Assembly (NCBI GenBank): GCA_964434665.1
Contig: CAYSVX010000001.1
Location: 33,050-97,049 of the forward strand
Direction: 5' to 3'
DNA: 64,000 bases
Origin: an uncultured Anaerolineaceae bacterium
GTDB taxonomy: Bacteria; Chloroflexota; Anaerolineae; Anaerolineales; Anaerolineaceae
The translations under genes were made by a program, and so were the position numbers. Every line of letters begins with the position of its first letter. Position 1 is the stretch's first letter. Shown piece after piece: positions 56,200-64,000 of the stretch. The notes below the pieces were generated by a model, which was not told where the DNA came from, searched no databases, and was given only the letters and a program-made list of their open reading frames with translations.

Positions 56200-58191
56200 T
56201 CATTTCTCCAGGGTGTTTTCGACAATTTGCAGGTAATCCAGCGTATTTATCTGAGTTTGGTCCAGGCCGAGATAAGTGGTGAGTTCGTGAATGAGGGCCG
56301 TCTTCTGATCAGCATCTTGTCGGCTCCAGGTGCGGCTCTTGATTTCAACAAACTTCCCAATGTCAGGTTTTTGAATCGTGTCAAGGTTGATATAGAACTC
56401 AGTACCTTTGTACTGAATCAAGTAGCGCAAACGGTTTTTCTCAATTTCAAGCTTGGTGGAGGGTTTAAAGTATTCCTGGTAGAACCTCAGGCTATGGGTG
56501 GCTGGGGCAAGATATCGGCTCCGTGAGAGCATAATCTGCGAATCATTCAAATTACGAGGAGTGTCGAGTTCGCCAATGAGCGTCAGACGTGAGCGAACGC
56601 TGATGATTTTTCCCATTTCATCAAGAAATTCGTCTTCACGGTAGCGCAAGCGCCCCTGGGAAGGTCTGTCAAAGCCAAAATAAGTGTCATATTCGTGATA
56701 ATGCCGCTTACGCAGGACAACAATGCCAGGTTTCGAAAGCGCTTCTAAAACCGGCGCAATTGAATCCACTTTGACTTTGGCTTGCACCTCAAAGCTTTCC
56801 TCCTCGGCAGCACCTCCGATCGCGATCAGTTTGGAATAGACCGATTCTTCGCGTCCCTTGAGGAATTCGTCGATTTGCAAAGCAAGTTCGCTGGCTTGAG
56901 CAATCAGTTCTTTTTCATTGACCGTGAGCATCTCCCGATTCCTCATCAACCACTTACCGTTGACCATCGTGTCAGTGACATCGGTTGATTTTGCGGCATA
57001 GATCAATTGCGCGTAAATCCCATCAGGATCTCTTAAGAAACGCGGCTGGTTATGAACAGGCGAAATATCGACCAGGATGAGGTCGGCACGCTTGCCCGGT
57101 TCCAGACTGCCTGTAATGTCGTCCATGTGGAGCGCTTTCGCGCCGATGATGGTTGCCATTGCCAGAGTCTGGCGGGCAGGTAAGACGGTCGGATCGCCAG
57201 ATGAGGCTTTGGCGATCAGGTTAGCCAGTCGAATTTCCTCAAACATATCCAGGTCATTATTAGAGGCAGTTCCGTCCGTGCCAATTCCAACATTGCACCC
57301 GAGGTGCATCATCCGGGCAACCGGCGCGAAACCAGAGGCAAGCTTGAGATTGGAGGTGGGATTGTGTGCGATGCCGACGCCAGCGTGTTGCAAGCTGCGG
57401 ATTTCACCTTCATCCAGATGCACGCAGTGAGCCGCGATGAGCCTGGTGTCGAGCATGCCAAATTTCCGAATGTAGGGAACAACCGGTAAACCGTGCTCTT
57501 TACGTAAATTTTCAACTTCGTCTTTGGTTTCGGATACATGAAAATGGACGATGGCATCATACTTTTTTGCCAACTCCACGACCAGGGTCAGCACCAACGG
57601 CGTGCAGGTGTAGACAGCATGCGGTGCGATTGCAGGGATGATAAGGGGATGGCTCTGCCACTTTTTGATCAGGTTTTCGCAAAGCGCAAGTGAGTCTTCA
57701 TAAGATTCAGCGTCAGGAGCTGGAAATTTCATCACCGTCTGACCAACGACAGCCCTGAGGCCAGCCTCAGCAGTAGCCTCCGCGACATCATCCTCGAAAT
57801 AGTACATGTCATTGAAGGTCGTAACGCCGGATCGAATAAACTCCGCGCAACCCAACTTTGTGCCAAGCCGTACAAAATCAGGCGACACAAACTCCCGTTC
57901 AACTGGCATCATGTAACCCATCAACCAGACATCCAGGCGCAGGTCGTCAGATAGGCCGCGCAGCAATGTCATGGGGATGTGCGTATGGGTGTTGATCAAA
58001 CCAGGCAATAGCACTTTTTTACCGCAGTCGATTACATCAACCGCTTGGAATTGCGAAAGAATGTCCGCCTGCGAGCCGACACCAACCAAGATATCGCCAT
58101 CAATAGCGATCGCGCCGGGTTCAAAAATTTCATAGTCCTGATTCATTGTCAGAACAATCGCGTTTTTTAGAATGGTAGTTACTTGTCGCAT
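56200..58191 (-). CDS. amidohydrolase (MTA/SAH-deaminase-like) fused to a C-terminal CYTH-like domain
   Basis: Residues 1-~440 carry GLINTHTHIPMTLLRG, HVSET, AAHCVHL, HNPTSNLKL and GTDG. Residues ~467-663 carry FEVQAKVKV, HEYDTYF, RLRYRE, RSRLTLIG and IEKNR..Y......FYINLD......GKFVEIK, the class IV cyclase/CYTH pattern. Confidence 0.8.
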   Translation of the reverse strand: MRQVTTILKNAIVLTMNQDYEIFEPGAIAIDGDILVGVGSQADILSQFQAVDVIDCGKKVLLPGLINTHTHIPMTLLRGLSDDLRLDVWLMGYMMPVEREFVSPDFVRLGTKLGCAEFIRSGVTTFNDMYYFEDDVAEATAEAGLRAVVGQTVMKFPAPDAESYEDSLALCENLIKKWQSHPLIIPAIAPHAVYTCTPLVLTLVVELAKKYDAIVHFHVSETKDEVENLRKEHGLPVVPYIRKFGMLDTRLIAAHCVHLDEGEIRSLQHAGVGIAHNPTSNLKLASGFAPVARMMHLGCNVGIGTDGTASNNDLDMFEEIRLANLIAKASSGDPTVLPARQTLAMATIIGAKALHMDDITGSLEPGKRADLILVDISPVHNQPRFLRDPDGIYAQLIYAAKSTDVTDTMVNGKWLMRNREMLTVNEKELIAQASELALQIDEFLKGREESVYSKLIAIGGAAEEESFEVQAKVKVDSIAPVLEALSKPGIVVLRKRHYHEYDTYFGFDRPSQGRLRYREDEFLDEMGKIISVRSRLTLIGELDTPRNLNDSQIMLSRSRYLAPATHSLRFYQEYFKPSTKLEIEKNRLRYLIQYKGTEFYINLDTIQKPDIGKFVEIKSRTWSRQDADQKTALIHELTTYLGLDQTQINTLDYLQIVENTLEK

Positions 58192-58206
58192 ATTTCTCCT
58201 TTAACT

Positions 58207-59361
58207 TTAAATAAACTTCCAGCGGATCATATCCAGGGCATAATTGACTGCCCAGGTAACCGCGTCTCCTGCAGGTCCACCATAGAGTCTGTTGATCTCA
58301 GACAATTGCCCGTTGTGCAGCAAGGCGATTTGAATGTGAGGATCGGAATCTTTGGGGCTAAGAATCACTCCAAGCACCATATCAGCGTTCTTTTGGTCAT
58401 GATATTCGTGCAAAAGGCGGATTAAAATCTCATCAGAGAAAACCAAATCGACATTGTCTCCCGTTAGTCGTCCATCTGGAATGTAAGGTTTCAATTTTTC
58501 AAAAATCTCGCCATTCGTACCGCTTTCGATGATCGAAAGGCGTGTGCCAGATTGATTCAACAGTTCCGCGACAGCTTGCTCGAGAGTTGTATCGTTTTCT
58601 CCGTAGATGAAATCTTTTAGTTTTGCGCGGATTTCCTGCAAAACTGGGCGCATCATTGCCTCAGCTTCAGCAGCCGAAGGCGCTTTGGCAGTCACCCTAA
58701 TGTCCGTCTGACCTGGATGAGCCAGCAGTCCTACGGTCGGGTTGGATAGCGTTTCCATTTCGCCGATGATCTCATCGATGCTGGATTCGCCTTTGGAGAT
58801 GGTGTGAATTACCCAAGGCAGGATGATTTCATCCCGCAGATCGTAGCGCCGCTTGAGGTAATCCACCACGAAGTTGTTCATGAGATATTCCATCTCGCGT
58901 GGGACACCGGGAAGCGAGACAAGTGTCTTTCCACCTAATTCGACAAAGAATGCCGGGGCAGTACCAACTGGGTTGGGTATCGCGGTGGAATTTTCTGGAA
59001 TGAAAGCCTGGCGTTTGTTATTCTCCGTTGGAATTCGGTTATAGTGGCTAAAGCGCTCTAATATTTGCTGCCACAACTCTTCTAGGTAAACAAGTTTGAC
59101 GTTGAAAACATTAGCGACAGCCTGGCGCGTCGGGTCATCCACGGTCGGTCCGAGCCCGCCGGTGGTTATGACGATATCCGCACGCATCAAGGCTTCCTGC
59201 AGGGTGGCGGTGATCCGATGCAAGTTATCTCCGACAGTCGTAAGACGGTAGAGATCAACTCCAATATCACGCAGTGATCTGGCAATGTATCTTGAATTAG
59301 TGTCTTGAATTTCACCTAATAAAAGCTCGGTACCGATCGTAACAATTTCACACACAGCCAT
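58207..59361 (-). CDS. cinA: CinA-like protein (MoCF-binding N-domain, divergent C-domain)
   Basis: The N-terminus EIVTIGTELLLGEIQDTNSRYIARSL and ITTGGLGPTVDD are typical of CinA. In the C-terminal domain, ESGTNG replaces the AESCTGG motif I recall for PncC. Confidence 0.78.
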   Translation of the reverse strand: MAVCEIVTIGTELLLGEIQDTNSRYIARSLRDIGVDLYRLTTVGDNLHRITATLQEALMRADIVITTGGLGPTVDDPTRQAVANVFNVKLVYLEELWQQILERFSHYNRIPTENNKRQAFIPENSTAIPNPVGTAPAFFVELGGKTLVSLPGVPREMEYLMNNFVVDYLKRRYDLRDEIILPWVIHTISKGESSIDEIIGEMETLSNPTVGLLAHPGQTDIRVTAKAPSAAEAEAMMRPVLQEIRAKLKDFIYGENDTTLEQAVAELLNQSGTRLSIIESGTNGEIFEKLKPYIPDGRLTGDNVDLVFSDEILIRLLHEYHDQKNADMVLGVILSPKDSDPHIQIALLHNGQLSEINRLYGGPAGDAVTWAVNYALDMIRWKFI

Positions 59362-59477
59362 AGGAGATCCCGTTAAATGTAATTCGTTAATTCTAACTTA
59401 AACCCGTGGGAATAACAGCGATTACTCTCTATACTTCAAATGTGTCTAAAAGTTGGAATCAAGATCGGGAATGGAAC

Positions 59478-59507
59478 TTGTTTAGGTATCTTTGATATCA
59501 CTATAAT
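59478..59507 (+). promoter_or_regulatory. candidate promoter for yraN-miaA
   Basis: TTGTTT, 18-nt spacer, TATAAT (59502-59507), about 55 nt before ATG 59563. Confidence 0.3.
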
Positions 59508-59562
59508 GTTATGAATTGGCGGAATGCTTGAGAACCTGGGCGAAACGATTATACTTTGTGAT

Positions 59563-59940
59563 ATGAGCTCACAAAGCAGGAAAAAGACCGGGGGTTGGGG
59601 TGAGACGCTCGCGCTTGATCATTTACAATCCCAGGGCTACCAATTGGTACAGCGAAATTATCACTGCCGTTTTGGCGAAGCCGATATAATCATGCTGGAC
59701 GAAACTGGGTTATTGACTTGCGTTGAAGTAAAAACCCGGCGCAGCCAGGCATTTGGGCACGCGGAATATAGCGTTGGGCGAAAAAAATTGAAGGCGATTG
59801 CCGCCACGATGAACGCCTTTCTCTTTGAACACAACGAATTTCCAGAATTCTGGAATCTGGACCTGGCAGTTGTCGAGGATTTCTTTCCCGGCAGTCCGCC
59901 AGTCATCCTCCACTTTAGATCTGTGAAAATCGATGACTGA
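59563..59940 (+). CDS. yraN: YraN-family (UPF0102) endonuclease-like protein
   Basis: GWGETLALDHLQSQGYQLVQRNY, GEADIIM, VEVKTR. Start set at ATG 59563. Confidence 0.8.
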   Translation: MSSQSRKKTGGWGETLALDHLQSQGYQLVQRNYHCRFGEADIIMLDETGLLTCVEVKTRRSQAFGHAEYSVGRKKLKAIAATMNAFLFEHNEFPEFWNLDLAVVEDFFPGSPPVILHFRSVKIDD

Positions 59941-60868
59941 GAAACCGCTGCTTTTGATTGTAGGACCTACTGCCTCTGGCAAAAGCTCGTTTGCTATTCA
60001 GTTAGCCCAAAACTTGAAAGGTGAGATTATTTCTGCCGATTCACGTTATCTTTATCGTGAACTCGAGATCGGGGTTGCCAAACCGACCTCAGAGGAGCTC
60101 GCGTCTGCTCCGCACCACCTGATCAACGTCGCGAGCCTGGAAGCACCATGGAATCTAGGGCTTTACAAGCAGTCAGCTCTACGAATTATTGATGAGATCC
60201 ACCAGCGGTGCAGGCTGCCCATCTTGGCGGGTGGCAGCGGGCAATATGTACGCTCGATTCTGCAGAACTGGCAAGTTCCCTCTCACGGTCCGGATGATCA
60301 ATTACGGGAGGATCTGGAAATTATCGGCAACAGAATTGGTTTCGATAAACTCCACGAGATGCTAAATGCCATCGATCCCCATGCAGCTGCGAATATCGAC
60401 TATCGCAACCACCGCCGGACCATCCGGGCTTTGGAAGTGATATTGAGCACAGGAATGAAGTTTTCCGACTTGCGGGAGAGAGAAAAAACACCTTACACAA
60501 CGCTGATTATTGGGCTGGAGCTTCCGCGTGAGATCCTATACGCCCGCATCGATGAGCGAATTGAAAGGATGCTTGCCCAGGGATTGGTTGGGGAGGTGCA
60601 GCGTTTGCTTGATCTGGGGTTTGGAGCTGCGCTTGAGACGATGAGAGTTATCGGTTACAACGAGATTATCGCCCATTTAAAAGGAGAAATATGCCTGGAT
60701 GAGGCAGTCGCCCTGATCAAGCGAAATACACGCGTCTATGTGCGCAGGCAGGCGAACTGGTTCAAACCATCTGATCCGGATATTTATTGGTTAAACGCGC
60801 AAGATCCAGCGCTGATAGATAAAGCGTTGGATCTTGTTGAAAGCAAATTGGGGATCAAGCCTGGGTGA
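59933..60868 (+). CDS. miaA: tRNA dimethylallyltransferase
   Basis: LLIVGPTASGKS, ISADSRYLYRELEIGVAKP, AGGSGQY. Overlaps yraN by 8 nt. Confidence 0.92.
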   Translation: MTEKPLLLIVGPTASGKSSFAIQLAQNLKGEIISADSRYLYRELEIGVAKPTSEELASAPHHLINVASLEAPWNLGLYKQSALRIIDEIHQRCRLPILAGGSGQYVRSILQNWQVPSHGPDDQLREDLEIIGNRIGFDKLHEMLNAIDPHAAANIDYRNHRRTIRALEVILSTGMKFSDLREREKTPYTTLIIGLELPREILYARIDERIERMLAQGLVGEVQRLLDLGFGAALETMRVIGYNEIIAHLKGEICLDEAVALIKRNTRVYVRRQANWFKPSDPDIYWLNAQDPALIDKALDLVESKLGIKPG

Positions 60869-62723
60869 TTACAGGGATGCCCTGGTTTTTCTCGACGGGA
60901 GGCGGGAATATCGCCTCAAACTCCTCGTTCGTAATCGTTTCGACTTCGAGTAATTTTTCAGCCACCGCGATCAATTTGTCCTTGTGAGTTTCAAGGATTT
61001 CTTTGGCAGTCTGATACGCTTCGTTAACCGCACGCTGCACTTCACGATCGATCTCCTGAGCCACTGCTTCTGAATAGTCGCGCTGTTCCGAAATCTCACG
61101 CCCAAGGAATATCAGTTCTTCCTTCTGCCCGTAGGTCATCGGTCCAAGCTTTTCGCTCATGCCAAGGCGCGTAACCATGCTGCGAGCGATTTTGGTGACT
61201 CGTTCGATATCGCTGGAAGCACCAGATGTAATGTCGTCAAACATGATCTCTTCTGCGGCGCGACCACCAAGCATCCCAACCATGTCGGACATAAGCTTCT
61301 TTCTGCTCTCAAGGTTGCGATCCTCGGTTGGCAGTGCGCGAGTGAAACCGCCCATCATGCCACGGGAAATAATGGACACCTTCTGGACTGGATCACCTTC
61401 AGGCAGGGCGTTGATCACAATAGCATGTCCTGCTTCGTGGTAAGCAATGATCTTCTTTTCCTTGGGGTTGATCAGACGGCTCTTTCGTTCCGGTCCAGCG
61501 ATAACTCTTTCGATGGACTCCTCGAACTCGGCTTGCCCGATGATCTTTTTATTACGCCGGGCTGAAAGAATAGCAGCCTCGTTAACCAGGTTTTCGAGAT
61601 CAGCGCCAACAAAACCGGGCGTTGAACGGGCAATTTGTTCAAGGCTGACTTCAGCGGAAACAGGTTTTCCGCGGGTGTGAACTTTAAGAATTGCTTCACG
61701 ACCTTTGAGATCCGGCTTGTCGAGCATGACCCGGCGGTCAAAACGCCCAGGGCGCATCAAGGCAGGATCAAGGATATCGGGGCGGTTGGTGGCGGCGATA
61801 ACAATCACATTAGTGTCTGTTCCAAAGCCGTCCATTTCAACCAGCAGCTGGTTTAGTGTTTGTTCGCGTTCGTCGTGGCTTCCGCCAAGACCCGCGCCTC
61901 TGTGGCGGCCAACCGCGTCAATTTCATCGACAAAAACAATACAGGGTGAGTGTTTCTTGGCTTCGTCAAACAAATCCCGAACGCGGCTAGCGCCGACACC
62001 GACGAACATTTCAACAAATTCAGAACCTGAAATGGAGAAGAATGGCACTCCAGCCTCACCTGAAACTGCTTTTGCCATCAAGGTTTTACCAGTACCGGGT
62101 GAACCTACTAACAGCACACCCTTCGGAATTCTCGCGCCAAGCGAGATGAACTTCTGAGGTTCCTTGAGGAATTCAACAATCTCCTGCAGTTCTTCTTTAG
62201 CTTCTTCCACGCCTGCGACATCAGCAAAGGTGACGGTTGGGTGTTCACCGGTGAGCATTTTGGCGCGGGACTTGCCGAAAGACATGGCGGCATTATTGGA
62301 GCCTTGCGCCTGGCGGATGAAAAAGAAGAACAAAACACCCATCAGGATGAATGGAATAAAATTCAGCAATGCCACCAGCGCTTGTGACCAAAATCCAGGA
62401 ACAACTATTTGAATGCTAAGGTCAGGGTCACGCAGCTTTTCAGGCGATACTCCAAGCTGGATCAGCTGTTCGACCAATCCGCTTTGAGGATCCTTGGAGA
62501 CAATACTGATCGTTTTCAGCTCCAAATTTTTATATTGAACTTCAACCCGGTTACTGTCGACTTTGATGCTGGCTACTTTGCCAGCTTCAATATCCGCCGC
62601 GAGTTGGTTAATTGGAATCTCTGTGCTGCCGAAGCTATTCTCCTGAACGCCATAAAAAACCATGGCAATCAGCGCGAATAGCAAAAGAGCTGAGATGAAA
62701 AAGGACTGATTTCGTGGTTTCAA
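60855..62723 (-). CDS. ftsH: ATP-dependent zinc metalloprotease FtsH
   Basis: Two N-terminal TM segments, Walker A GSPGTGKT, Walker [30 protein letters not shown], zinc site HEAGHA. GGAGG RBS. Confidence 0.95.
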   Translation of the reverse strand: MKPRNQSFFISALLLFALIAMVFYGVQENSFGSTEIPINQLAADIEAGKVASIKVDSNRVEVQYKNLELKTISIVSKDPQSGLVEQLIQLGVSPEKLRDPDLSIQIVVPGFWSQALVALLNFIPFILMGVLFFFFIRQAQGSNNAAMSFGKSRAKMLTGEHPTVTFADVAGVEEAKEELQEIVEFLKEPQKFISLGARIPKGVLLVGSPGTGKTLMAKAVSGEAGVPFFSISGSEFVEMFVGVGASRVRDLFDEAKKHSPCIVFVDEIDAVGRHRGAGLGGSHDEREQTLNQLLVEMDGFGTDTNVIVIAATNRPDILDPALMRPGRFDRRVMLDKPDLKGREAILKVHTRGKPVSAEVSLEQIARSTPGFVGADLENLVNEAAILSARRNKKIIGQAEFEESIERVIAGPERKSRLINPKEKKIIAYHEAGHAIVINALPEGDPVQKVSIISRGMMGGFTRALPTEDRNLESRKKLMSDMVGMLGGRAAEEIMFDDITSGASSDIERVTKIARSMVTRLGMSEKLGPMTYGQKEELIFLGREISEQRDYSEAVAQEIDREVQRAVNEAYQTAKEILETHKDKLIAVAEKLLEVETITNEEFEAIFPPPVEKNQGIPVITQA

Positions 62724-62829
62724 AACAACCTCCGTAAATTTAACGCGTAATGCATCAATGCAAGATTATACCAATAAGGTGAGTTGGACTGCCGCTCAGT
62801 GAAGCCTTAGAGGAGTTTCTGATGGAACT

Positions 62830-63150
62830 CTAACGTTTGTCATCTCCCTGGGGCTGATGACACAAACCGCAGCCGATGTTGGGGTTTTTCACAACCCCAT
62901 GTGAACTTGAACACCATGCTTTGACCCTTATGCGCTTGCCAAACAGTGTCTTCGAGAAATATGTAGTCAGCGCCATGTTTGGACAAGCGTTGTTTTGAAG
63001 GATAACTGGTACAGGGCAAGTTTTACATGTAGCCGAAGTCCAATCCTTTTTATCCTGGGGATTGATCAGTGCGCGGCATTCCTCAAAGTCCCTGCCGCGA
63101 TAGTAATCCCCATAAAAGAATTTACATTCGCGGCCAGTGGGAGTTCTCAT
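62830..63150 (-). CDS. Cys-rich hypothetical protein (8 Cys), probably co-transcribed with efp
   Basis: 106 aa with the pattern C-x15-C-x16-CxxC-x10-C-x23-C-x13-CxxC. The ATG lies 6 nt after the efp stop. No strong SD, and no homolog I recognise. Confidence 0.5.
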   Translation of the reverse strand: MRTPTGRECKFFYGDYYRGRDFEECRALINPQDKKDWTSATCKTCPVPVILQNNACPNMALTTYFSKTLFGKRIRVKAWCSSSHGVVKNPNIGCGLCHQPQGDDKR

Positions 63151-63156
63151 CGATGA

Positions 63157-63714
63157 CTAAACCCTGGTAAGGTACTCACCGGTGCGGGTATCGACACGAA
63201 TAGTGTCGCCTTCATTGACAAAAGAAGGTGTTTGCACCTTTAGACCAGTATCGGTGGTGACCAGCTTTGTGACACCGGTCGCGGTGTTTCCGCGAGCAGA
63301 AGCTTCGGCAGTAATTACCTTAAGGTCCACACTCGTTGGCAGTTCGATATCAAGCGGCTCATCACCGAAAAAAGTCAATTTAACTTCCATGTTTTCTTTC
63401 AGGAAACCGGCATAATCCTCAGCAAGTTTGTTCGGGATTGCTGGTTGCTCGAAGGTCTCCATGTCCATGAAATAGAAAAAATTCTCATCACGATAAAGAT
63501 ATTGAACATTGTGGTAGTCGAGCCGAACATCCTGAACACGATCTCCCGAAATGAAGGTCATTTCGAGCGTGTTGCCCTTGCGAATGTCACGCGCTTTGAT
63601 GCGGATAGTGGCAGAACCCCGACCTGGCTTGTTGTGGGCGTACTCCATAACACGATACAGGTTGCCATCAGTTTCAAACGTGACACCTTTGCGTAAATCA
63701 TTTACATCAATCAT
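63157..63714 (-). CDS. efp: elongation factor P
   Basis: MIDVNDLRKG..F..DG..Y.V......KPGRGSA..R.K, TGEYLTRV C-terminus. Start set at ATG 63714; the track's longer version begins MKRGFC. Confidence 0.93.
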   Translation of the reverse strand: MIDVNDLRKGVTFETDGNLYRVMEYAHNKPGRGSATIRIKARDIRKGNTLEMTFISGDRVQDVRLDYHNVQYLYRDENFFYFMDMETFEQPAIPNKLAEDYAGFLKENMEVKLTFFGDEPLDIELPTSVDLKVITAEASARGNTATGVTKLVTTDTGLKVQTPSFVNEGDTIRVDTRTGEYLTRV

Positions 63715-63751
63715 ACAAAAACCTCTTTTCAAACAAAGCTTTAACAGGCGG

Positions 63752-63780
63752 ATTATATATCAACTCATACCGCTCGGCAA
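63752..63780 (-). promoter_or_regulatory. candidate sigma70-type promoter for efp
   Basis: Minus strand reads TTGCCG, 17-nt spacer, TATAAT, about 35 nt upstream of the efp ATG. Confidence 0.4.
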
Positions 63781-63854
63781 GTATCATAAATAGAGGTTTG
63801 GGGTTATAACTTAGTAATCATAAAAAATATTCAATATCTCCCTCGGAGGGTGGC

Positions 63855-64000
63855 ATGATCGATATCATAAAAGTAAACACCAAAGCACTGCGAAAAGAAT
63901 TTGTTAAGTTCCAATACGATTTATATCGGGGCTGCAAGCAATTTGTTCCGCCTTTCAAAAATGATATTTATGCCATGATGAATGAAAAGAAGCACCCCTT
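63855..64000 (+). CDS. hypothetical protein, N-terminal fragment (continues beyond window)
   Basis: ATG 63855 follows GGAGGG. Translation is MIDIIKVNTKALRKEFVKFQYDLYRGCKQFVPPFKNDIYAMMNEKKHP. It resembles the N-termini of a GNAT-like family I recall, but that is weak evidence. Confidence 0.45.
   Translation, partial: MIDIIKVNTKALRKEFVKFQYDLYRGCKQFVPPFKNDIYAMMNEKKHP

Overview
Gene-dense chromosomal segment, roughly 90% coding, with about 60 protein genes and 3 tRNAs. I found no rRNA, CRISPR array, transposase, integrase or prophage-like content. Most genes are housekeeping. They include ligA (its 3' end runs off the left edge), gyrB-dinB, and the rpmH-rnpA-yidD-[PQQ lipoprotein]-yidC-jag cluster. 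Also present are pdp, typA, isoprenoid genes (polyprenyl synthase plus type-2 IDI), pterin genes (folE, folB, an SDR), tkt plus a fused tal-pgi, ruvX-mltG-ppgK, glgA, malQ, miaA, ftsH and efp. Many neighbouring genes overlap by 1-8 nt, which suggests translationally coupled operons. The repertoire (fused Tal-Pgi, ADP-forming acetyl-CoA synthetase, short YidC, type-2 IDI) looks like a Chloroflexota/Anaerolineae-type genome to me, but that is recognition-based inference only. No clear mobile or defence island is visible. The candidates I consider most worth follow-up are: (1) a three-gene split AddAB-like module: a P-loop AddB-like protein, a UvrD helicase without a nuclease domain, and a stand-alone Fe-S PD-(D/E)XK nuclease; (2) an EF-P carrying Arg at the normally modified loop tip, followed 6 nt later by an unrecognised 8-Cys ORF; (3) an amidohydrolase-CYTH fusion whose stop overlaps the first in-frame ATG of glgA; (4) the function-unknown radical-SAM TIGR03960/TIGR03936 pair, embedded with DUF503 and HIT genes; (5) an SPFH-HTH fusion with a helical partner; (6) a 46-aa pilin-like ORF overlapping the comF start by 1 nt. 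All product calls come from motifs read by eye. No database search was run.
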